A DNA stretch of 64,000 nucleotides from Flavobacteriales bacterium (GTDB lineage Bacteria > Bacteroidota > Bacteroidia > Flavobacteriales_E > Vicingaceae): contig JABAZP010000032.1 in the NCBI GenBank assembly GCA_018608405.1, positions 17,956 to 81,955 of the forward strand. The letters run 5' to 3'. A program made the translations under genes and the position numbers. Of this stretch, positions 45,755 through 53,726 are shown one piece after another (the stretch's first letter is position 1; the number at the start of each line of letters is the position of its first letter). The notes under the pieces are model-generated. The model had not been told where the DNA came from. It saw nothing but the letters and a program-made list of their open reading frames with translations, and ran no database searches.

Positions 45755-45788
45755 TTTAACCGAGATAATAAAAATGAATTCGGTTAAA
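45755..45788. terminator. Weak AT-rich hairpin between the convergent AKR and gpsA genes
   Basis: TTTAACCGA (45755..45763) pairs with TCGGTTAAA (45780..45788) around a 16-nt loop. Confidence 0.3.
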
Positions 45789-45821
45789 AGTAAACCCTAG
45801 CTTAGCTAGTTGAGGTTAAGC

Positions 45822-46817
45822 TTAAACGAGTTTGTCTGCTAAAATTCTCATTTCAACAGCTGGAGAAATTCCTTCGTAAAGTACTCTATAAACCGCATCA
45901 GCAATAGGAATATTCACTTTGAACTTTTCGTTGATTTTGATAATGCTTTTGGCAGCGTAATATCCCTCTGCTGTCATGTTCATTTCCATTTGAGCTGACA
46001 TTACGGAATAACCTTTACCCACCATGGCACCAAAAGTTCTATTTCTAGAAAAGTTAGAGTAAGCAGTCACCAATAAATCACCTAAATAGGCTGATGATTT
46101 CACATCTCGATGTACTGGGTTTAATTCATCTACGAAGCGTTCAATTTCTTGAACTGCATTGGAAATCAAAACAGCTTGGAAGTTATCGCCATAACCTAAA
46201 CCATGAAATATACCTGCAGCAACGGCGTAAATATTTTTTAGAATAGCAGAAATTTCAGTTCCAAAAAGGTCTTCGGATAAGTGCGTTTTAATGTACCTAC
46301 ACTCGAGTAAATCCGCTAATGCCTTGGCATTATCTGGATTTTGACAAGCAATGGTTAAGTAACTCAAACGCTCCAATGCGACCTCTTCAGCGTGGCAAGG
46401 ACCACTTATGATTCCAATATTTTCGTAAGGCGTTCCAAAACGTTTATGAAAAAACCGTGCAGGAATCTGGTGAACTTCAGGCACAATACCTTTTACGGCA
46501 GAATAAACTGTTTTCGATTTTAAGTCTGAGTTGTCTCGCTCTCCAAAAACATCCATCAAAAATGCCGATGGCGTTGCGATAACAACGTACTCTGATGCAG
46601 CAATAATTTCGTCCAAATCATTACTCACTCTGATTTTTTCCCGATCAAATTGAACAGAAGAGAGGTAACGGGGATTGTGCATGAATTTGTTGATGTACTT
46701 AGCCTTATTGGCATCTCGCATCCACCAATGCACCTTTTCTGCGTTGTTACTTAGCATTTTTACAATTGCTGTAGCCCAACTACCGCCTCCGATTACTGAA
46801 ATTTCTTTTACTTCCAA
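45822..46817 (-). CDS. gpsA: NAD(P)H-dependent glycerol-3-phosphate dehydrogenase
   Basis: VIGGGSWATAIVKML Rossmann start. Length 331 aa and family-typical blocks (SGPCHAEEV, NRTFG). Confidence 0.9.
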   Translation of the reverse strand: MEVKEISVIGGGSWATAIVKMLSNNAEKVHWWMRDANKAKYINKFMHNPRYLSSVQFDREKIRVSNDLDEIIAASEYVVIATPSAFLMDVFGERDNSDLKSKTVYSAVKGIVPEVHQIPARFFHKRFGTPYENIGIISGPCHAEEVALERLSYLTIACQNPDNAKALADLLECRYIKTHLSEDLFGTEISAILKNIYAVAAGIFHGLGYGDNFQAVLISNAVQEIERFVDELNPVHRDVKSSAYLGDLLVTAYSNFSRNRTFGAMVGKGYSVMSAQMEMNMTAEGYYAAKSIIKINEKFKVNIPIADAVYRVLYEGISPAVEMRILADKLV

Positions 46818-46880
46818 ATCTTACTTTTTGTTGAAACGAATGTGAAATATACCAATAAATAACCCGGTCAAGAAATGCTA

Positions 46881-48041
46881 TTAATGCTCTATCCAGCTCT
46901 TGTAATACTTGCCATCGTCTAATTTCATGGCATTTTCAGTAACCATTAAAGGCTTAAAGGTATCTACCATTACTGCAAGCTCCTCTGTTTTAGTTTGTCC
47001 CACACTTCTTTCATAGGCGCCTGGGTGCGGTCCATGAGGTATTCCTGCTTGGTGCAAGGTAATTTGCCCTTGATCAATATCGTTTCGGCTCATAAAATCG
47101 CCATCAACATAGTACAGCACTTCGTCAGAATCTATGTTAGAGTGATTATAAGGTGCTGGAATTGACTCCGGGTGATAATCGTATAAACGAGGCACGAAGG
47201 AGCAAATCACAAAACCTGCTGCTTCAAAGGTTTGATGAACTGGTGGAGGTTGATGAACTCTTCCTGTAATAGGCTCAAAATCGTGAATAGAAAAAGCGTA
47301 GGGATAATTGAAACCATCCCAACCAACTACATCAAATGGATGAGAAGCATATACATAGTCGTGAAGGATACCTTCTTTTTTAATTTTTATAACGAAATCT
47401 CCCATTTCATCATGGGTTTCTAAGTTCTCCGGAGTTCTGAAGTCTCTTTCACAATAAGGCGAGTGTTCTAATAGTTGCCCAAACCAATTACGATAACGTT
47501 TTGGAGTGTAAATTGGAGAATATGATTCTACAACAAAATGTCGATTCTCTTCCGTATAGAATGAGATCTGATAAATCATACCTCTTGGAATCACCAAGTA
47601 GTCACCGTATTTGAATTCGATATTCCCAAGAAAAGTTCGTAGTGTTCCACTTCCTTTGTGAATGAAAATTACCTCATCGGCATCTGTGTTTTTATAGAAA
47701 TACTCTGTCATTGACTTTTTTGGAGCAGCAAGAGCAACTAACAGGTCACTGTTGCAAAGCATAGGCTCTCTACTTTCTAAATAGTCATCCTGAGGTTTCA
47801 CATCAAAACCAATTAACCTTCTCGATTTAAAGTTTTTTTCCACCTCTATTTTTGGGCTTACATCTTTAGATCCCAAATATTCCTTTACTTGAGTCGGTCG
47901 ATGCAAGTGGTATAATAGGCTAGACATACCATCGAATCCTACAGTTCCAAACAGTTCTTCATAATGAAGGCCGCCGTCTTCTTTTTTAAAGGTGGTGTGT
48001 CTTTTATGTGGTATTTTTCCTAGTTCTCTGTAAAAGGGCAT
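46881..48041 (-). CDS. hmgA: Homogentisate 1,2-dioxygenase
   Basis: MPFYRELGKIPHKRHTTF...FGTVGFDGMSSLLYHLHRPT is typical of the Bacteroidota-type HGD. 386 aa. Confidence 0.85.
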   Translation of the reverse strand: MPFYRELGKIPHKRHTTFKKEDGGLHYEELFGTVGFDGMSSLLYHLHRPTQVKEYLGSKDVSPKIEVEKNFKSRRLIGFDVKPQDDYLESREPMLCNSDLLVALAAPKKSMTEYFYKNTDADEVIFIHKGSGTLRTFLGNIEFKYGDYLVIPRGMIYQISFYTEENRHFVVESYSPIYTPKRYRNWFGQLLEHSPYCERDFRTPENLETHDEMGDFVIKIKKEGILHDYVYASHPFDVVGWDGFNYPYAFSIHDFEPITGRVHQPPPVHQTFEAAGFVICSFVPRLYDYHPESIPAPYNHSNIDSDEVLYYVDGDFMSRNDIDQGQITLHQAGIPHGPHPGAYERSVGQTKTEELAVMVDTFKPLMVTENAMKLDDGKYYKSWIEH

Positions 48042-48085
48042 TTTATAATGTTTTAATTAATTCTCTAATGTAACAATTACAATTG

Positions 48086-49126
48086 TTAATTGTCAATTTT
48101 TTGATTCAACTTCGGCCTCAGTCTGCTTTTATAAACAGAATGTGCATCGGGCTTTTCTTTTCCCTTTCTTATTTCCCTTTGCATCTCTACCGGCATGTTC
48201 GCAATTTCTTGACATTCTGGAGTGCAAGCTCCGTCCATTTTTTCAGCACATTCAGCGCATTGAATAAATAGCAGATGGCAATCGTCGTTGGAGCAATTGG
48301 TGTGGTCATCACATGGTTTACCACATTGATGGCATTCCGAAATAATTTCTTCTGAAATCCGCTCCCCCAATCGCTCATCAAAAACAAAGTTTTTGCCTTT
48401 GAATTTATTGTCGAGTTTTTCCGCTTTGATCTGCCGCACGTAATCGATTATTCCACCGTGCAATTGATTTACATCTTGGATTCCTTTGTGTTTAAGATAA
48501 GCACTGGCTTTCTCGCAACGAATTCCACCTGTACAATATAACAGCACTTTTTTGTCTTCGTTTCCTTTTAGGATTTCTTCTACCTGTGGCAACTCTTCTC
48601 GAAAAGTATCTGCATCTGGGCAAAGCGCACCTTCAAAATGACCCACTTCACTTTCGTAGTGATTCCGCATGTCGATGACCAATGAATTGGGATCAGCCAA
48701 TGCTTCGTTGAATTCCTTTGCCGTGAGGTGCTTTCCTACATTGGTAACGTCAAAATCTCCGTCGTTTAAACCATCTGCCACGATTTTGTTTCGCACCTTT
48801 ACCTTTAGCTTGTAAAATGACTTTCCATCATCTTCTACAGCAATTTTAAACGGGATATTTTTAAAGTATTCTCTTGCGTGAACTTTTTGGACAAATTCAT
48901 ACCAATTTTCTTCTGGAACGGACATCTGCGCATTGATGCCCTCCTTGGCTAAATACGTTCTACCAAATGCATTTAATTCACTCCATTCTTGATAGAGTTC
49001 GTCTCTCAATTCAAGTGGGTTTTCGATAATTACATAACGATAAAAAGAAACGGTTACCCTTTTAAAAGGCTCCTCCATTAATTTCTTTTTCAGGATGTTC
49101 TTATCTTCTAAATTGTACAATTGCAT
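48086..49126 (-). CDS. trhO: Rhodanese-domain tRNA uridine(34) hydroxylase (TrhO/YceA, UPF0176)
   Basis: Rhodanese active loop [13 protein letters not shown] and a C-terminal Cys-rich tail. I prefer ATG 49126 (MQLYNLEDK) because a minus-strand TAnnTTTG box lies at 49151..49158, inside the longer track ORF. Confidence 0.8.
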   Translation of the reverse strand: MQLYNLEDKNILKKKLMEEPFKRVTVSFYRYVIIENPLELRDELYQEWSELNAFGRTYLAKEGINAQMSVPEENWYEFVQKVHAREYFKNIPFKIAVEDDGKSFYKLKVKVRNKIVADGLNDGDFDVTNVGKHLTAKEFNEALADPNSLVIDMRNHYESEVGHFEGALCPDADTFREELPQVEEILKGNEDKKVLLYCTGGIRCEKASAYLKHKGIQDVNQLHGGIIDYVRQIKAEKLDNKFKGKNFVFDERLGERISEEIISECHQCGKPCDDHTNCSNDDCHLLFIQCAECAEKMDGACTPECQEIANMPVEMQREIRKGKEKPDAHSVYKSRLRPKLNQKIDN

Positions 49127-49150
49127 GTTATACTTTTTTATAAGATATAG

Positions 49151-49158
49151 CAAAGTTA
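49151..49158 (-). promoter_or_regulatory. Candidate -7 box for trhO (TAACTTTG on the minus strand)
   Basis: The plus strand reads CAAAGTTA, the reverse complement of TAnnTTTG, 25 nt upstream of ATG 49126. Confidence 0.4.
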
Positions 49159-49213
49159 ACAAAAGAGATTACGCTAGAGAATGATAATTGTCATGCGCTT
49201 GAAAGCCTTTTAT

Positions 49214-49221
49214 TATTTTTG
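49214..49221 (+). promoter_or_regulatory. Candidate -7 box TATTTTTG for the divergent SDR gene
   Basis: Exact TAnnTTTG 22 nt upstream of ATG 49244, with TTG at 49188..49190 in the -33 range. Confidence 0.4.
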
Positions 49222-49243
49222 ATTTATAATTAATACGAGACAA

Positions 49244-50164
49244 ATGATTTTAGTTTTAGGTGCCGGCGGGCAAGTGGGAAGTGAGTTGGTAGAAAAGTTA
49301 AGAGCGAAGCATGGGAACGACAAAGTGTTAGCTACCGATGTAAGGGAATTAGAAAATCAAAGCGGACCTTCTGAAGTGCTCAATGTATTAGATAAAGAAA
49401 AGTTGCATGATATCGTTGAGCGTTATAAAATTGAAGAAGTGTATCATTTAGTGGCTTTGCTTTCTGCAACAGCAGAGAAAAACCCTGAATTTGGATGGAA
49501 GCTGAACATGGAGACATTGTTTACCGTGCTAGATTTGGCGAAAGACAAAAGGATAAAGAAGGTTTTTTGGCCAAGCTCCATTGCTGTTTTTGGGCCTAAT
49601 ACTCCTCGTCAAGAGACTCCACAACATACCGTTACTGACCCAACAACGGTCTACGGCATTTCTAAGCTTGCAGGCGAACGTTGGTGTGAGTATTATGCAA
49701 AAAACTATGGAGTAGACGTACGAAGTATCCGTTATCCAGGGTTAATTGGCTATAAAAGCTTGCCAGGTGGAGGCACCACAGATTATGCAGTTGACATTTA
49801 TCATAAAGCATTAGAAAATGGAGAATATGAATGCTTTTTACAAAAAGGAACCTACCTTCCAATGATGTATATGGAGGATGCCATTCGAGCTACCATTGAG
49901 TTAATGGAAGCGCCGGAGGGAAATGTTAAAATCAAATCAAGTTATAATCTCGGGGGGATTTCTTTTGCACCAGAAGACATCGCAAGTGAGATAAAAAAGT
50001 ACCTTCCTAATTTTAAAATTAGCTATGCTCCTGATTTTCGGCAAAAAATTGCAGAAAGTTGGCCCGGAAGTATTGATGATTCTGCTGCGCAGGAAGATTG
50101 GGGTTGGAAGCTCGAATATGACATGGCAAAAATGACAGAAGACATGCTTAAGAACTTGGGTTAA
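49244..50164 (+). CDS. NAD-dependent epimerase/dehydratase family SDR (SDR-type L-threonine 3-dehydrogenase-like)
   Basis: MILVLGAGGQVGSEL glycine-rich loop and YGISKLAGE (YxxxK). The 306-aa length and sequence resemble GalE-like threonine dehydrogenases. Confidence 0.7.
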   Translation: MILVLGAGGQVGSELVEKLRAKHGNDKVLATDVRELENQSGPSEVLNVLDKEKLHDIVERYKIEEVYHLVALLSATAEKNPEFGWKLNMETLFTVLDLAKDKRIKKVFWPSSIAVFGPNTPRQETPQHTVTDPTTVYGISKLAGERWCEYYAKNYGVDVRSIRYPGLIGYKSLPGGGTTDYAVDIYHKALENGEYECFLQKGTYLPMMYMEDAIRATIELMEAPEGNVKIKSSYNLGGISFAPEDIASEIKKYLPNFKISYAPDFRQKIAESWPGSIDDSAAQEDWGWKLEYDMAKMTEDMLKNLG

Positions 50165-50207
50165 ATCTAAAAATCTTTTCCTAATTTTAATGGCTAATTT
50201 CATACGC

Positions 50208-51107
50208 ATGAAGTTTTTAAGTACAATAATCGTTTTACTGCTTTATTCTTGGAATGCTGCGTCGCAGTCTTTTGAATTAAATGGAACGGATACAATCAAT
50301 AAAATTGATATCAGTAAAAAGAGACAAGGTTATTGGATGATTAAAGCAAAACCACCAAAATTTAGTGAGTACCCCGTTGGTAATTTAGTAGAAGAAGGGA
50401 GTTATGTAAATAGCAGGAAAGAGGGGCTTTGGAAAAAATACTTCCCGTCAACAAAATTGAAAAGTTAAATTACCTATAAAGGAAGCCGACCATACGGAAA
50501 ATACACATTGTATTACGAGAACGGAAATGTAGAAGAATCGGGGAATTGGGCTAGAACTAAGAATACGGGAGAGTTTAAGCGATATCACGAAAATGGACAA
50601 GTTTCCCAAAGTTTTACGTTTACAGAAGGGGGAAAAAGGTCAGGAAAGCAGGTTTACTATTACCCTAACGGTAAATTGAGATTGGAAGGAACATGGAATG
50701 AAGGGTTAGAAACAGGAGAACAAAAAGAATACTATGAAAATGGAGACTTAATGTCTGTTAAAAACTTTAATGGAGGAACTCTAGACCCGGCTAGTTTTGA
50801 AACATACGCACCCAAAAGTCCGGTGGAAGACGCAGTGACTAAAATGGTAAAAGAAAGCAAATCTGTAAAAGTAACCGCGGCCAAAGAGGACAATCCTAAC
50901 CAAGGAGGGTTTGATGGGAATGGCTACCACAAATTGTTTAACAAGAATAAGCAGATCTCAAAAGATGGAGTTTTTAAGGATTATCGTTTAATTGACGGGA
51001 AGTATTACAAATACGATGAGAACGGAATATTATTTCTAATTATGATTTTTAAAGACGGAAGATATATCGGTAACGGTGTAATTGAAAAGGATATGCAAAA
51101 CGATTAA
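50208..51107 (+). pseudogene. Secreted MORN-variant repeat (YwqK-like) protein gene interrupted by one in-frame TAA
   Basis: Track ORFs 50190..50468 and 50508..51107 are in the same frame. The only stop between them is TAA 50466..50468, and the reading continues ...KKYFPSTKLKS*ITYKGSRPYGKYTLYYENG. The 'start' of the second ORF is a TTG Leu inside a repeat. Confidence 0.7.
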
Positions 51108-51116
51108 AAGAAACGT

Positions 51117-51165
51117 AAAAAGCCTTAAACCAATCGAATTATTCGGAAAGTTTGAGGCTTTTTTG
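51117..51165 (+). terminator. Rho-independent terminator after the MORN-repeat gene
   Basis: AAAAGCCTTAAAC (51117..51130) pairs with GTTTGAGGCTTTT (51150..51163), with one G-T wobble. A T-run follows. Confidence 0.6.
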
Positions 51166-51218
51166 TGCCATGGCCTAGCATTTTATTGCTTTTCTTTGTA
51201 AAAATTTAAAAGCACGAA

Positions 51219-52697
51219 ATGGATTCCAAATTAGTAGTATATAATACGCTAACCCGAAAGAAAGAGGCATTCAAACCAATTGACAAAGAGGTAGTAGGGA
51301 TGTATGTTTGTGGTCCGACGGTTTATGGGAATGCGCATTTGGGTCACGCCAAATCGTATGTTTCTTTCGATTTAATTTATAGGTACTTATCCCATATTTT
51401 CCCAAGAGTTAAGTACGTTCAAAATATAACGGATGTGGGTCACTTGACTGATGATGCAGACGAAGGAGACGACAAAATAGCAAGGCAATCGCGACTAGAA
51501 AAGGTTGATCCGATGGCGGTAGTTGAACGCTATATGTTCAATTATTTCCGAGATATGGATACGCTGAATGTAAAGAGAGCTGATATTTATCCTCGTCCTT
51601 CAGGTCACATCCCTGAGCAAATTGAAATTATCGAAGACTTGATTTCGAAAGGTTTTGCGTATGAAGTAAATGGCTCTGTGTACTTCAATGTTGCGAAGTA
51701 CGATGAAAAGTTTGACTATGGAAAATTATCTGGCAGGTCGGTAGAAGAAATGATGGAAGGAGCGGCTAATCGAACTCTTTCAGCACAATCGGATAAGAAG
51801 AATGGGTTTGATTTTGCGCTTTGGAAAAAAGCGGACCCGTCGCACTTAATGCAATGGAATTCTCCTTGGGGAAAGGGATTTCCCGGGTGGCACATCGAAT
51901 GCACAGTGATGAGCCAAAAGTACTTAGGAGAAAACTTTGACATTCACGGAGGCGGGTTAGAGAATCAGTTCCCGCATCACGAGTGTGAAATTGCTCAAGC
52001 CGAAGCGCATACAGGAAAACCATTTGCCAACTACTGGTTGCATAATAATATGGTAACCATTAATGGACAAAAAATGGGAAAGTCGTTAGGGAATGGAATT
52101 TTTTGCGCGGAACTTTTTACAGGAGATAATTTTCAGTTGGAAAGAGCTTATTCGCCAATGACCGTTCGCTTTTTTATCTTGCAATCACATTATCGAAGTA
52201 CGCTTGACTTTTCAAACGATGCCTTAGAGGCTGCTTCAAATGGATTTAATCGTTTACAAAAAGGCTTAAGCCGAATTAATGAATTAGAAACATCAGATAA
52301 GTCAACTCTTGATATATCATCTTTAAAAGATTCGCTTTATCACGCCATGAACGATGATTTTAATTCTCCAATAGCAATTTCTAAATTATTTGATAGTTTG
52401 AAGATGGTTGCAGCTATTGAAGCCGGTGAAGAAAAAATCTCGTTACAAGATTTGGAAAGATTTAAAGAGCTTTTCGATGCATTCTTTTTTGATATTCTTG
52501 GGTTAGAAGTAGAAGAGGCCGGGGTGCAGTCGAATGAGATTACAGATGAGTTGATGGAATTGATATTGGATTTCAGAAAAGCTGCGAAAGAACAAAGAGA
52601 TTGGGGAACGGCAGATAAGATTCGAGATAAATTAAAGGAATTAAACATTGGAATTAAAGATGGGAAAGATGGCGCAATTTGGGAGTTCGAGAGCTAG
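51219..52697 (+). CDS. cysS: Cysteine--tRNA ligase
   Basis: HIGH-type NAHLGHAKSY, KMSKS-type KMGKSLGN, zinc and Cys-binding blocks. 492 aa. Confidence 0.95.
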   Translation: MDSKLVVYNTLTRKKEAFKPIDKEVVGMYVCGPTVYGNAHLGHAKSYVSFDLIYRYLSHIFPRVKYVQNITDVGHLTDDADEGDDKIARQSRLEKVDPMAVVERYMFNYFRDMDTLNVKRADIYPRPSGHIPEQIEIIEDLISKGFAYEVNGSVYFNVAKYDEKFDYGKLSGRSVEEMMEGAANRTLSAQSDKKNGFDFALWKKADPSHLMQWNSPWGKGFPGWHIECTVMSQKYLGENFDIHGGGLENQFPHHECEIAQAEAHTGKPFANYWLHNNMVTINGQKMGKSLGNGIFCAELFTGDNFQLERAYSPMTVRFFILQSHYRSTLDFSNDALEAASNGFNRLQKGLSRINELETSDKSTLDISSLKDSLYHAMNDDFNSPIAISKLFDSLKMVAAIEAGEEKISLQDLERFKELFDAFFFDILGLEVEEAGVQSNEITDELMELILDFRKAAKEQRDWGTADKIRDKLKELNIGIKDGKDGAIWEFES

Positions 52698-53658
52698 GTG
52701 TTTATTCATTTGTAGTGTAGTTTTTTTATTCTCTTGTGGTGAAGATAAAAAGCCACCTTCAACTAAAAAAGTAGAAGAGCGGGAAAGGGCAGTGCGACCT
52801 AATTTTGATGCTGATTCAGCTTATAATTTCGTTCAAACACAAGTTGATTTTGGACCAAGAGTACCAAATACAGCTGCACATGTTACAGCCGGAAATTATT
52901 TAGCAGCTCAATTAAATCGATTTGGGTTTGAAGTAACCGAGCAAGAAGCACAGGTTATTGCATTTGACAAGACAAAACTGAACATAAAAAACATTATTGG
53001 TGCTTATAAACCGGAGCTTAATAATAGAGTATTGTTATTTGCTCATTGGGACACTAGACCAAATGCTGACCAAGACGAAGAAAGAACGTCAGAACCAATA
53101 ATGGGCGCAAATGATGGCGCAAGCGGGGTTGGGGTGCTATTAGAAATTGCTCGTCAACTGCAACTTGTACAACCAAATATTGGAGTAGATATTATATTTT
53201 TTGATGCCGAGGATTATGTAGGAGTGAATGGAACTACAGAAGACTACTGCTTGGGAAGTCAGTATTGGGCGAATAACATGCACAAAATAGGCTATAGCGC
53301 AAACTTTGGAATTCTGTTGGATATGGTTGGTGCTAGGGGTGCTATGTTTGCGAAAGAATATCATTCTATGACTCACGCCTCGGCTTACGTTCATCATGTT
53401 TGGAACATCGCAAAAGATCTAGGTTATGATAACTTCTTTAACAATCGTCCTACGCGACATGTTGGCATTGATGATCATGTGTATGTAAACACAGTAGCAA
53501 AAATTCCAAGTATTGATATTATTCAGTATGACCCGGAAACAAGATCATTTGCACCGCATTGGCACACTCACGAAGACAATATGGATGTTATTGATAAAGA
53601 GACACTCAAGGCGGTGGGAGAAACTGTTTTGGCCACTGTATTAATGGAGGTGAATTAG
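52660..53658 (+). CDS. Glutaminyl-peptide cyclotransferase (M28-fold, animal-type QC), lipoprotein
   Basis: Lipobox VVFLFSCG. Blocks FDADSAYNFVQTQVDFGPRVPNT, HWDTRP, DGASGVGVLLEIAR, FFDAEDY, CLGSQYW, ILLDMVGA and HWHTHEDNM..IDKETLKAVGETV match my memory of Porphyromonas-type QC. The start is ambiguous (TTG 52648, ATG 52660 or 52669) and overlaps the cysS end. Confidence 0.75.
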   Translation: MGKMAQFGSSRARCLFICSVVFLFSCGEDKKPPSTKKVEERERAVRPNFDADSAYNFVQTQVDFGPRVPNTAAHVTAGNYLAAQLNRFGFEVTEQEAQVIAFDKTKLNIKNIIGAYKPELNNRVLLFAHWDTRPNADQDEERTSEPIMGANDGASGVGVLLEIARQLQLVQPNIGVDIIFFDAEDYVGVNGTTEDYCLGSQYWANNMHKIGYSANFGILLDMVGARGAMFAKEYHSMTHASAYVHHVWNIAKDLGYDNFFNNRPTRHVGIDDHVYVNTVAKIPSIDIIQYDPETRSFAPHWHTHEDNMDVIDKETLKAVGETVLATVLMEVN

Positions 53659-53726
53659 TTTTAGTTTCTTTCTTTTTTCATTCTGGTTTTTCTTACCTTC
53701 AAGCCCGAATAAAATTTCACTTTTGC

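Noticed and set aside
50508-51107. The second MORN ORF treated as an independent gene.
   Set aside because: Its 'start' is a TTG encoding Leu inside a repeat unit, it is in frame with the upstream ORF, and only one TAA separates them. I treat it as one disrupted gene.
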